Below are positions 32,901-41,184 of a stretch of DNA of 58,319 bases, piece after piece. Position numbers and translations under genes: made by a program. Each line of letters begins with the position of its first letter. Within the stretch, counting starts at the first letter, position 1. Location of the stretch: positions 1-58,319 of the forward strand of contig CAAFZS010000052.1 of the NCBI GenBank assembly GCA_900767595.1, given 5' to 3'. The notes under the pieces were generated by a model, which was given only the letters and a program-made list of their open reading frames with translations, searched no databases and was not told the DNA's origin. Origin of the DNA: Bacteroidales bacterium (GTDB lineage: Bacteria > Bacteroidota > Bacteroidia > Bacteroidales > Paludibacteraceae).

Positions 32901-33466
32901 TTGTGTTGGATACCGAAGTATATTCGAATACCGGTGGTCAAGCTTCTAAATCCACTCCGCTCGGAGCTATCGCTAAGTTCGCAGCGATGGGTAAGCGCGT
33001 ACGTAAGAAAGACTTAGGTATGATTGCTACCACGTACGGTTATGTCTATGTGGCTCAAGTAGCTATGGGTGCAGATCAAGCGCAGACACTGAAGGCTATC
33101 CGTGAAGCAGAGGCTTATCCAGGACCGTCGCTTATCATTGCTTATGCTCCTTGTATCAACCATGGTTTGAAAGCCGGAATGGGTAAGTCGCAAGAGGAAG
33201 AACAGAAAGCGGTCGCTTGTGGTTACTGGCACTTGTGGCGTTACAACCCACAATTAGAAGCCGAAGGACAGAATCCTTTCTCGCTGGATAGCAAGGAACC
33301 GCAATGGGAACAGTTCGAGGACTTCCTGAAAGGCGAAGTGCGTTTTGCCAGTGTGATGAAGCAATATCCAAACGAGGCGGCAGAGCTCTTTAAGGCTGCA
33401 CAAGATAATGCTAAATGGCGTTATCGCAGTTACTTGCGTATGCTCTCCACCGATTGGACCAAATAA
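29924..33466 (+). CDS. nifJ: pyruvate:ferredoxin (flavodoxin) oxidoreductase
   Basis: 1180 aa with a PFOR N-terminus, two CxxCxxCxxxCP motifs and the TPP-binding block GGDGASYDIGYGGLDH. Confidence 0.95.
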   Translation: MKEKKFLTCDGNTAAAHIAYMFTEVAAIYPITPSSPMAENVDEWAAAGRQNMFGEQVLVQEMQSEGGAAGAVHGSLAAGALTTTFTASQGLLLMIPNMYKIAGELIPTVFHVSARTLASHVLCIFGDHQDVMACRQTGFAMLAEGSVQEVMDLAGVAHLSTIKSRVPFLNFFDGFRTSHEYQKVEVVDMEDLRPLVDMEALQEFRQRALSPMRPVMRGMAENPDVFFTHRESSNTYYNKVADIVSDYMKEISKITGREYRPFSYYGAADAEHIVIAMGSVCECLKEVIDYEAAKGHKLGMINVHLYRPFSLKYLQEALPKSVKRICVLDRTKEPGANGEPLYLDVKDALQELGLSSIEVVGGRYGLGSCDTTPAQMIAVYENLNLPQPKNHFTVGINDDVTFTSLPVGEEIAMGDKSLFQAKFYGLGADGTVGANKNSVKIIGEGTNKYCQAYFSYDSKKSGGFTCSHLRFGDEPIRSTYLVTTPNFVACHVQAYLKMYDVTRGLQKGGTFLLNTIWNAEELKQNLPDKVKKYFADNNIRCYYINATKIAQEIGLGNRTNTILQSAFFRITEVIPVEKAVEEMKYFIQKSYGKKGEDVVNKNYAAVDRGGEYHLLDIDPAWKNIVVKDEQGVAGDPAFIAQVVRPINAQAGDLLPVSAFKGIEDGTWPSGTAKYEKRGVSAFVPKWNLENCIECNKCAYVCPHACIRPFVLDEQEKQGLAAETREMKAPAALKGMHFRMQVGVLDCLGCGNCADVCPGNPKLGKALTMVPLEDELAEAKNWDYCVNNVKSKQELIDIQSNVKNSQFATPLFEFSGACSGCGETPYLKLISQLFGDREIAANATGCTSIYSGSVPSTPYTTNEKGQGPAWSNSLFEDFCEYGLGMQIAHRKIKERLTRLMTKAQDCTCCSDELKAMFREWIENKNSAEVTKRLYEPMVAAMEKCGCDTCKEILKYKDHIVKRSQWIIGGDGASYDIGYGGLDHVIASGEDVNILVLDTEVYSNTGGQASKSTPLGAIAKFAAMGKRVRKKDLGMIATTYGYVYVAQVAMGADQAQTLKAIREAEAYPGPSLIIAYAPCINHGLKAGMGKSQEEEQKAVACGYWHLWRYNPQLEAEGQNPFSLDSKEPQWEQFEDFLKGEVRFASVMKQYPNEAAELFKAAQDNAKWRYRSYLRMLSTDWTK

Positions 33467-33540
33467 TCACTAAAACTAACGACTAATAACTAACGACTAA
33501 CGACTAATAACTAATAACTAACGACTAACAACTAATAAAC
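33464..33540 (+). repeat. mini-repeat family E (TAACGAC/TAATAAC heptamers) filling the PFOR/decarboxylase intergenic gap
   Basis: About 11 units running from the nifJ TAA stop to the base before ATG 33541. Confidence 0.95.
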
Positions 33541-34758
33541 ATGAAACGCTATCTTATTTTGGCTGTGTTAGCAGCAGTGGTAATGACAGGTTGTAAGAAT
33601 CCTGCCAAGTCCGGTTATGCTCAATTAGATGAGTGGGCACAAAACGTGTATCAAGGTAAACTGAATATCATTGGCTATCCTTGTAGTCAGGAACTGGAAC
33701 TGCAAGAGTTCTATGAGTGGTATAATGCCAATAAACTGCCTACTATTTGTATGAACAATGTAGGTGATCCTTTCTCAGGTGGTGTGATGCACACAGGTGC
33801 TTTGCAGATTGAGCGCGAAGTCATCGAGTGGTTTGCTCCCTTCTATGGCTATGATTTGGATAACCTATGGGGTATCGTTTCTAATAGCGGAACGGATGGC
33901 AATAACCATGGTATTTACTTTGGTGTGAACTGCCTTTATGAGCAAACGGGTAAGATGCCTATCTTCTATGTCTCTGACGAGGCTCACTACTCCAATGCCC
34001 GTTTGGCTGACTTGCAGAACCTGGACATCTGTTTTATCCCGTCCGATACGATGGGTCGTATGATTCCGGAGGAGTTAGAAAAACGCATCAATCCTAATCG
34101 TCCGTGCCTGATTGTGTATGCAATGGGTTCGACGATGAAGGGTGCTGTAGATGACCAAGAGGCTTTGAATAAAGTACTGGCTAAGTTCCCGAAGATGGCG
34201 GTTTATCGTCACGTGGATGCCGCTTTGTTCGGAGGATACCTGCCTTTTACCGAGTATAAAGACTTGCTCAACCAAAAGAAAATGGGTTATCAATCCATTG
34301 CTATCAGTGCGCATAAGTTCTTCGGCTCGGACGAACCCGCAGGGCTGTTCTTGACTTCGATGGACGTGTATGAGCAACAAAATCGTTATGATATTCCTTA
34401 CTTAAACAGGAATATGAAGATGATCAACTGCTCGCGTCCGACACAACCCGTGCTTAAGTTCTGGTGGATGATTCATAAAGTGGGTGCTGAACGCTGGTCG
34501 CAACAAGCGCAAGGTATGATTGATCACACCCGCTATTTCGATAAGCGTCTTACCGAGATAGGTTATTCTCACTGGATTAATGAACTCAGTAACACCGTTG
34601 TAATGAAACGCCCGAATGATGCCGTAGTCGAGAAGTACAACCTTGCTACCGGTTATGATGCTAAGATGGGCGGAGAGATAGCTCACGTTGTTGTGATGCA
34701 ACACGTCCGCGAAGCCCTGATAGATCAGTTCATTGACGATTTAAAGAATCTCCAATAA
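33541..34758 (+). CDS. group II PLP-dependent decarboxylase (histidine decarboxylase-like)
   Basis: PLP-lysine motif SAHKFFG plus GIVSNSGTDGNNHG. The N-terminus looks like a lipoprotein signal (MKRYLILAVLAAVVMTGC). Confidence 0.65.
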   Translation: MKRYLILAVLAAVVMTGCKNPAKSGYAQLDEWAQNVYQGKLNIIGYPCSQELELQEFYEWYNANKLPTICMNNVGDPFSGGVMHTGALQIEREVIEWFAPFYGYDLDNLWGIVSNSGTDGNNHGIYFGVNCLYEQTGKMPIFYVSDEAHYSNARLADLQNLDICFIPSDTMGRMIPEELEKRINPNRPCLIVYAMGSTMKGAVDDQEALNKVLAKFPKMAVYRHVDAALFGGYLPFTEYKDLLNQKKMGYQSIAISAHKFFGSDEPAGLFLTSMDVYEQQNRYDIPYLNRNMKMINCSRPTQPVLKFWWMIHKVGAERWSQQAQGMIDHTRYFDKRLTEIGYSHWINELSNTVVMKRPNDAVVEKYNLATGYDAKMGGEIAHVVVMQHVREALIDQFIDDLKNLQ

Positions 34759-36236
34759 TGCACAACATCCAAGCCGAGGCTTTTGACTGCCTCCTTTGTT
34801 TTTCAGCACCGTGCAATAGTGCTTGCCCCAAAGGCCTGCATCCGGCCCGCGGTATTCGTGCCATCCGTTTTGGTAACGAGGACTTAGCCGGACAATGGCT
34901 TACCGATGCTTGTGCCGATTGCGATGCTCCTTGTCAGAAAGCGTGTATCCATCCTGACCACCCAATCCGTATAAAAGAACTGGCAGAACATCTGCACGCT
35001 TCCCCTCTAAACTCTAAACTCTCCACTCTAAACTCAATAGATTTATCCATAGACTTCTGCGGTATTCATTGCGAGAATCCGTTCTTCCTTGCTTCGTCCG
35101 CTATCGCTACGAACTACGAGATGATAGCGCGTGCCTTGGAAATGGGGTGGGGTGGTGTCTATTATAAGACGATTACGGATATGAAGATAGAGGAGGTTAG
35201 CCCGCGCTTTGACGCTATCAAAGACCTCAATCGCAGTTTCACGGGGTTCCGTAATATGGAGCAACTCAGCGAGCAAACGCCCGAGGAGAACTTCGCTATT
35301 ATACGCCGTTTGAAGCAAAACTTCCCAACGAAGATTATTGTGGCCTCCATCATGGGACAGACTGATGACTCTTGGGAGAAATTGGCCAAACAAGCTCAAG
35401 CTGCGGGGGCGGATATGCTGGAATTAAACTTCTCTTGCCCACAGATGAAGACGCGTGGCTTAGGCTCCGATATAGGACAAAATCCTGAATTGGTGGCTTT
35501 CTATACCACGTTTGTTAAACGGGCAGTATCGATTCCTGTCATTGCGAAGATGACCCCGAATATCACCTCAATGGTTCCGGTGGCGATGGCTGCTACCTTT
35601 GCCGGAGCAGATGCTATCTCGGCTATCAATACAATCAAGTCCGTTACGATGTCTCAATCCGGTATGGTAAACGGCAAACGCACCGTTAGCGGCTATTCCG
35701 GCAATGCCGTTAAGCCTATTGCCCTCAAGCATATCCTCGATATGAGCAAAAACCCGATGCTGCAAATCTCAGGAAAACAATTGCAACTCAGTGGTATCGG
35801 TGGCATCGAGACTTGGCGTGATGCACTCGAGTTCATTCAACTCGGCTGCCAAAACGTGCAAATCTGCACGGCTGTTATGCAGTATGGCTATCGTATTATT
35901 GAGGATCTGACGATTGGTCTGCAACATTATATGGCAGAGCATCGCATAGAACATCTGTCCGACTTGGTGGGTTCGGAACTCAAGACCTTTGTGCTTCCCG
36001 ACAAGTTAGACCGTAAGACAATGGTCTATCCTAAGTTCATTCGCGAGAAATGCGTTGGCTGCGGTCGTTGTTATGGGGCTTGCCAAGATGCCGGTCATCA
36101 GGCTATCGAGTTTGATTGGACTACGCGTCAACCCAAACTCAATGGACATAAGTGTGTCGGTTGCCACCTCTGCCGGTTTGTTTGCCAACAAGAGGCCATA
36201 GGCGCTACCAATCGTATTCCCAAACAAGAGAAATAG
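34758..36236 (+). CDS. PreA-like dihydropyrimidine dehydrogenase subunit with an extra N-terminal Cys-rich (PreT/GltD Fer4_20-like) extension
   Basis: From DLSIDFCG onward it is collinear with E. coli PreA as I recall it (NFSCPQM, GYSGNAVKPIAL, C-terminal CVGCGRC...CVGCHLC). About 95 extra N-terminal residues. Repeat 35003-35036 lies at the junction. Confidence 0.75.
   Translation: MHNIQAEAFDCLLCFSAPCNSACPKGLHPARGIRAIRFGNEDLAGQWLTDACADCDAPCQKACIHPDHPIRIKELAEHLHASPLNSKLSTLNSIDLSIDFCGIHCENPFFLASSAIATNYEMIARALEMGWGGVYYKTITDMKIEEVSPRFDAIKDLNRSFTGFRNMEQLSEQTPEENFAIIRRLKQNFPTKIIVASIMGQTDDSWEKLAKQAQAAGADMLELNFSCPQMKTRGLGSDIGQNPELVAFYTTFVKRAVSIPVIAKMTPNITSMVPVAMAATFAGADAISAINTIKSVTMSQSGMVNGKRTVSGYSGNAVKPIALKHILDMSKNPMLQISGKQLQLSGIGGIETWRDALEFIQLGCQNVQICTAVMQYGYRIIEDLTIGLQHYMAEHRIEHLSDLVGSELKTFVLPDKLDRKTMVYPKFIREKCVGCGRCYGACQDAGHQAIEFDWTTRQPKLNGHKCVGCHLCRFVCQQEAIGATNRIPKQEK
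35003..35036 (+). repeat. mini-repeat family B, in frame in the PreA-like gene
   Basis: ccctctaaactctaaactctccactctaaactca encodes PLNSKLSTLNS. Confidence 0.9.
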
Positions 36237-36237
36237 A

Positions 36238-37605
36238 ATGTTTAAACGTAAACTTGTATATTTAATCCTCCTTTTGGGGGTAGGGGTTGTGTCCGCCCAA
36301 CCGAAGGTGACACTGGAGCAACTGCAACAAGATTGGTCGCGTTACCAAGGACAACGAGTAACGATTACTACACCGCTTGTTTTACGCGGTAGGTATTACG
36401 ACTCGCTCATTGTATCTTCCGAGCGTTTATATGTTCCGGAAGAGCGGGCGGTAGGTCTGGGTGATGGAGACTCCACTTCTTATTGGTATTGGCGTCATTA
36501 TAACGATTCGCTCCGTATCAAACTGCAAGGCAGAATGAGTTTTGATATCAATCTTGGGGCAACGGTTAAGAACCTGACCGCGCAAGTGATGGGGCCTCGT
36601 TGGTTGCAGACAGGAGCGCAAGTAAGATTCAAGAATTTCAAACCCGCTAAACTCGCTAAACAGCCCGCAGGGCGCGCTAAACCAGACCTCACCATCTGTG
36701 CCGCGAATATCCAAAACTATTTCGTTCACGTGGGCGGTTATGCTACTAAACGTAATACACCGGCTCAGCACCAATGGCAATGCGAGAAGACAGCGGCTGC
36801 CTTGACGCGGATAGGAGCGGATATCTATGCTCTTTGCGAGTTAGAACAAGGCTCGTCGGCTCCGGCGGAGTTGGTGGCGCGAATGAACGAACTGAGTCGC
36901 AAAGACCGCTATGCTTTTGTCGTAACCGATACTATCGACCGCGATACTATTTCCGTAGGCTATATATATAATAAGGAACGCGTGCGCCCGCAAGGGGACC
37001 TTATCTTTGCTTATGAGAATAAGAATGATATCTATGCCCATCGGTTTATGATTCAGGCTTTTGAGTATATCCCCACAGAACAATCGTTCTATATATCCCT
37101 CAATCACCCGCGTTCCAAACGGGGTACCCCACAAGAGGCAAATGCCAAACGTGTGGACAATATCAAGCATATCCTGACAGCTATAGATTCCCTACACCTC
37201 TCCTCCTCTACTCCTCTACTCCTATTAGGTGACTACAACTCGTACGGACAAGAAGAACCTTTGCAGATGCTGGTTAAAGCGGGGTATAAGGATATGGTGA
37301 TGGCAATGGATAGCCTCAATTATTCGTATTCGTATAATGCAGAGTGTGGGTATCTGGATAGAGCCTTTGCTAACGAGCCGATGCAGCAGTATATCACCTC
37401 CATCCATCCTATCCATTGGAATACGGACTATTATTATTCTGCTTCTTATTGGAGTAAGTATAATTATAAGAATAATATCCCGCCCACGCAGAAACAACCT
37501 GATATTTGGAAGTGTGTCACTCCTCAAGCGAAGAAGAACCTAATCTTCCGCTACTCTGATCATGACCCGCTCCTTATAACTCTAAAACTAACGACTAATC
37601 ACTAA
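36238..37605 (+). CDS. secreted EEP-family nuclease (paralog of 25655-27229)
   Basis: Signal peptide present. Motifs LLGDYNSY and YSDHDP. Hosts repeats 36640 and 37191; the stop codon lies inside repeat 37582-37626. Confidence 0.7.
   Translation: MFKRKLVYLILLLGVGVVSAQPKVTLEQLQQDWSRYQGQRVTITTPLVLRGRYYDSLIVSSERLYVPEERAVGLGDGDSTSYWYWRHYNDSLRIKLQGRMSFDINLGATVKNLTAQVMGPRWLQTGAQVRFKNFKPAKLAKQPAGRAKPDLTICAANIQNYFVHVGGYATKRNTPAQHQWQCEKTAAALTRIGADIYALCELEQGSSAPAELVARMNELSRKDRYAFVVTDTIDRDTISVGYIYNKERVRPQGDLIFAYENKNDIYAHRFMIQAFEYIPTEQSFYISLNHPRSKRGTPQEANAKRVDNIKHILTAIDSLHLSSSTPLLLLGDYNSYGQEEPLQMLVKAGYKDMVMAMDSLNYSYSYNAECGYLDRAFANEPMQQYITSIHPIHWNTDYYYSASYWSKYNYKNNIPPTQKQPDIWKCVTPQAKKNLIFRYSDHDPLLITLKLTTNH
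36640..36683 (+). repeat. mini-repeat family I (CGCTAAAC octamer-like), in frame in the EEP nuclease
   Basis: aaacccgctaaactcgctaaacagcccgcagggcgcgctaaacc encodes KPAKLAKQPAGRAKP. Confidence 0.65.
37191..37224 (+). repeat. mini-repeat family F, in frame in the EEP nuclease
   Basis: cctacacctctcctcctctactcctctactccta encodes LHLSSSTPLLL. Confidence 0.85.
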
Positions 37606-37626
37606 CGACTAATCACTAACGACTAA
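37582..37626 (+). repeat. mini-repeat family E (14-nt TAACGACTAATCAC x3) spanning the nuclease stop and the ribF start
   Basis: ctaaaactaacgactaatcactaacgactaatcactaacgactaa. The TAA stop at 37603-37605 lies inside it, and its last base is the A of the ribF ATG (37626). Confidence 0.95.
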
Positions 37627-38438
37627 TGAATTATATCGCAACCATAGGCTTCTTTGATGGCGTTCATTTAGGACATCAGTACCTACTTTCCGCTTTGCGG
37701 GAAGAGGCGGCTAAACGTGGGCTTCAGTCTGCGATTATCACGTTTAGTGAGCATCCTAAGAAAGTGCTAAGTTCAGAGGCTAAGCCCTTGCTTACTACCT
37801 ATCAAGAACGTATGGCTATGCTTAAAGGTATGGGGGTGGATGAGATTTTTTGTTTTAATTTTGAACTCATCCATAACCTCTCTGCGACGGAGTTTGAACA
37901 ACTCATCCATGACCGCTGCGGAGTAGAGGTGCTACTCATGGGCTACGACCACCATTTCGGCTGCCCACAATCACCAATCACCAATCACCAATCACCAATC
38001 ACCAATCATCCATTAGAAATCATCCATCTTCCCGAGCGTCCGGGTGACCAACATATCTCTTCTACCCGAATTCGTCAAGCCTTATTGGCAGGCGAGATTG
38101 TGCAAGCTAACGAGATGTTAGGTTATGCCTATCCATTAATCGGCAAAGTGGTGCACGGCAAAGGACTGGGTCGCACAATCGGTTTTCCTACTGCGAATAT
38201 CGAACTCGAACCCGATAAACTCATTCCCGCTCCCGGGGTATATGTTGCCGAATGGAACTTCCGTCGCGTACTACTCAATATCAACGATACGATTGAGATG
38301 TACGTTCCTCAGTTTGAAGGGGACCTTTATGACCAAGTGGTGATGGTAGAACTTATCGCACGTATTCGAGGCGAACAACATTTTGACAATTTAGATCAAC
38401 TGAAATCACAAATACAAAAAGATTTATTGCAATTATGA
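37626..38438 (+). CDS. ribF: bifunctional riboflavin kinase / FMN adenylyltransferase
   Basis: Contains IGFFDGVHLGHQ, GYDHHFG, ISSTRIR and GFPTANI. Only 270 aa. Hosts the heptamer array 37965-38009. Confidence 0.85.
   Translation: MNYIATIGFFDGVHLGHQYLLSALREEAAKRGLQSAIITFSEHPKKVLSSEAKPLLTTYQERMAMLKGMGVDEIFCFNFELIHNLSATEFEQLIHDRCGVEVLLMGYDHHFGCPQSPITNHQSPITNHPLEIIHLPERPGDQHISSTRIRQALLAGEIVQANEMLGYAYPLIGKVVHGKGLGRTIGFPTANIELEPDKLIPAPGVYVAEWNFRRVLLNINDTIEMYVPQFEGDLYDQVVMVELIARIRGEQHFDNLDQLKSQIQKDLLQL
37965..38009 (+). repeat. mini-repeat family D (CAATCAC x5 perfect plus 1 variant), in frame in ribF
   Basis: ccacaatcaccaatcaccaatcaccaatcaccaatcaccaatcat encodes PQSPITNHQSPITNH. Confidence 0.95.
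38403..38420 (+). repeat. possible family D (CACAAAT) fragment in the ribF 3' end
   Basis: aaatcacaaatacaaaaa encodes KSQIQK; compare TSQIKH in GH94. Confidence 0.35.
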
Positions 38439-41104
38439 AAAAAATTAGTCTTATAATCCTATTATTATTCTTCATTAGTCAATCCACAATACTCGGCGCT
38501 GTTCGTTCCGCGGAGCAAGCCGCTGCATTGGCAGCCGAGTTTATGAATACCAATGCGGTCGGACCTCACAAAGCTCCGGCTACCGCGGCCACGATGCAAC
38601 TCGTTCATCAAATGCCTAAGTTAGCAAGCGAAGAGCCCGCCTTCTATGTGTTCAATAAGACGGATAATGACGGCTTTGTCATCGTCAGTGCCGATGACCG
38701 AACAGAGGATATTATTGGCTACTCGGATGAGGGACAGATAGGGGAAACCATCAATCCTAACCTCGCTTTCTGGTTGCGTGGTGTTCAAAAAGCTATCTCT
38801 GCTATCAATGATAGTACGGTGATCCATAAAGCACCTATGGCTACGACCGCTATAGAACCGCTTCTAAAGAATAAGGATGGCAAAGAGATTACGTGGGATC
38901 AAGAGACTCCCTATTATAACCTCTGTCCTAAAGATGCTAATGGCTATCTCTGTTTGACGGGGTGCGTCGCCACCGCGGCAGCCCAAATAATGTATAAATG
39001 GCGCTATCCCGAACAAGGCATAGGGACCCATTCTTACACGTGGGAGAACTCGAAAGGAACAAGGAAAACCCTATCCGTAGATTATGAAAGCACTACCTAC
39101 GATTGGGACAATATGTTACCTTCCTATTCCCGCATATCGGCTACTAATGCTCAAAAAACAGCGGTGGCAACGCTTATGTACCACGCCGGTGTAGCTTGTG
39201 ATATGCAATATAGTTCTGAAGGCAGTGGTGCCTATACCGATGATATGGCACAAGGGCTAATCGACCATTTTGGCTATGCAGTTAAAAAGTTCGTTACGAC
39301 CTATTCGTCTTATTATTATCCTACGGACTTCAAACCGGCAGAATTTAAAGTAACAGTTGCTAAGATAACCGAGTATTTCAACCAAGACCTCGAAGAGGGA
39401 CTCCCTATCCTTATGGGCGGGGCTGATCAATACAGCGGGGGACATGAGTTTGTTTGCGATGGACGGGATGCAAAAGGATATTTCCATATCAACTGGGGTT
39501 GGGAAGGCGAAGGTAATGCCTATTTCTCTTTGAGTTCGTTGTCGGTGGACGGGTATAACTTCTCCTCCAATATTGATGCTGTCATCGGTCTTCGTCCGGC
39601 GAAGATTGATACGGTGCACGTCACTTCTATCGCTATCAAGCCCCAAACCGCTACACTGAAAATCAACGAACGGGTAACCATCGTTCCTACACTCCAACCG
39701 CAAAACGCCACCATCAAGACCGTCTTCTGGTCCTCTTCTGACCAAAATATAGCACAAGTCTCCTCTTCGGGTATCGTACGCGCTATAGGTCCCGGACAAG
39801 CTACCATCACCGCTACTACGAAAGAGGGCGGCTTCCAAGCCACTTGCGCTATCACCGTTACCGACGAGTTTGTCCCTTCCGACGTGTTTGAACTCGTGAC
39901 CGATGCGGCTGAACTTAGGGAGGGGGACGATATCATCATTGAGGCTACATATAGTAGTGTGCACTATTGTGCTACCAACGATATGCACGCTACTAAAAAC
40001 TCCAACTATACCGATGTCGAACAAGTGCAGATCGTCGATGAGGTCATCAGTTTAGCCGATGGCTCCCATGTGGCTATCTTCAAACTCGGAATAGAAGATG
40101 GCGCTTGGACACTGACCAATGCCGCAGGAAGGAAACTGGGTGCTACGGCTGCCAAGAAACTCAGTCTCGACGAGGGTACAGTCACTTGGACATTGGATGT
40201 GAAAGATACCTATGCTACTGTCGCCAGTACGACAACCGAGTATGGACGTCTCTTATATAACAATAACAATAATAGTCCCCGTTTCAGTAACTATACCTCG
40301 ACTACTTTGTCAACGATGGTTCTGCCGCAAATCTATGTTCGTAGGAACTCCAAACCGGTGGCAGTAGTGAAAGTGACGGGGGTCGAACTCGGCCAATCAA
40401 CGGCTCAGATGCTCGTTGGACAGGAAATCTTCCTTTACTATAGCGTCAAACCCGCTACCGCTACCAACCAGTCTGTGATGTGGACATCTTCCAATGAGAA
40501 CGTTGTCAAAGTCGATCCTTCCCATACTTCTTTGGAGGATGATAAGACTTGTGCTATCACGGCTCTTGCCGAAGGCGAAGCAACAGTAACGATTAAGACC
40601 CTCGACGGTGGGTTTACAGCTTCCTGTGTCGTGACGGTTACGGAACAACCGGTGGTACCGACGGATACGACTTTTGTCTCCGCTTCCGAAGCTAAGCGTA
40701 TCGGTATGGCTCTGCCGGCAGGAGACCAAACAAAAGACTTCTATGGGGTTAAGGGGTATGTTACGGTACAAAACACCACTCAATATCAGGGTTTCTGGTT
40801 AGATGATGAACCCGTCACGGGTAAGGAGACTTTCCAAGGCTTCCAATGTACGATACCGGATGATCACATCACCTTGCGAGTAGGGGAGTATGTCTGCCTT
40901 TACGGGTATATCATGAACTATAACAACGAGAAGGCACAGATTAAGAATGGTACTGTCGAACTCCTCGATGCCCCCACCGATTTACCCTACTCCTATCAGC
41001 CTTTCATCCATTCATCCTTTCATCCTATTAAAGTATTGGAGTCCGGCCAAATCCTCTTCCTTCGTGGTTCCAAGAAGTTTAACGTATTAGGATTCGAGCA
41101 GTAA
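38435..41104 (+). CDS. C10-family (streptopain-like) cysteine peptidase with Big_2 domains
   Basis: Catalytic Cys context LTGCVATAAAQIMY and His context GGHEFVCDG. Two Big_2-like modules (ATITATT.../ATVTIKT...). Signal peptide present. Confidence 0.75.
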   Translation: MKKISLIILLLFFISQSTILGAVRSAEQAAALAAEFMNTNAVGPHKAPATAATMQLVHQMPKLASEEPAFYVFNKTDNDGFVIVSADDRTEDIIGYSDEGQIGETINPNLAFWLRGVQKAISAINDSTVIHKAPMATTAIEPLLKNKDGKEITWDQETPYYNLCPKDANGYLCLTGCVATAAAQIMYKWRYPEQGIGTHSYTWENSKGTRKTLSVDYESTTYDWDNMLPSYSRISATNAQKTAVATLMYHAGVACDMQYSSEGSGAYTDDMAQGLIDHFGYAVKKFVTTYSSYYYPTDFKPAEFKVTVAKITEYFNQDLEEGLPILMGGADQYSGGHEFVCDGRDAKGYFHINWGWEGEGNAYFSLSSLSVDGYNFSSNIDAVIGLRPAKIDTVHVTSIAIKPQTATLKINERVTIVPTLQPQNATIKTVFWSSSDQNIAQVSSSGIVRAIGPGQATITATTKEGGFQATCAITVTDEFVPSDVFELVTDAAELREGDDIIIEATYSSVHYCATNDMHATKNSNYTDVEQVQIVDEVISLADGSHVAIFKLGIEDGAWTLTNAAGRKLGATAAKKLSLDEGTVTWTLDVKDTYATVASTTTEYGRLLYNNNNNSPRFSNYTSTTLSTMVLPQIYVRRNSKPVAVVKVTGVELGQSTAQMLVGQEIFLYYSVKPATATNQSVMWTSSNENVVKVDPSHTSLEDDKTCAITALAEGEATVTIKTLDGGFTASCVVTVTEQPVVPTDTTFVSASEAKRIGMALPAGDQTKDFYGVKGYVTVQNTTQYQGFWLDDEPVTGKETFQGFQCTIPDDHITLRVGEYVCLYGYIMNYNNEKAQIKNGTVELLDAPTDLPYSYQPFIHSSFHPIKVLESGQILFLRGSKKFNVLGFEQ
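38468..38493 (+). repeat. composite family A/D fragment in the C10 peptidase signal peptide
   Basis: attcttcattagtcaatccacaatac encodes FFISQSTI. Confidence 0.45.
40985..41025 (+). repeat. family F fragment plus a TTCATCC(W) octamer x3, in frame near the C10 peptidase C-terminus
   Basis: ccctactcctatcagcctttcatccattcatcctttcatcc encodes PYSYQPFIHSSFHP. Confidence 0.75.
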
Positions 41105-41149
41105 CCCTCGCCTAAAACTTTTTTTGTGTCCTAAGCGTAGCGCTCCCTA

Positions 41150-41173
41150 GCGAGCTTGCTCGCGCTCTTTTTG
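41150..41173 (+). terminator. possible intrinsic terminator after the C10 peptidase
   Basis: gcgag-cttg-ctcgc followed by gctcttttt. Confidence 0.35.
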
Positions 41174-41184
41174 GTGTCTCTCTT

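Noticed and set aside
40255-40275. An Asn-run (aacaataacaataatagt, encoding NNNNNS) in the C10 peptidase, considered as another mini-repeat locus.
   Set aside because: It is a codon-phased homopolymeric amino-acid run with a 3-nt period. It matches none of the dispersed unit families.
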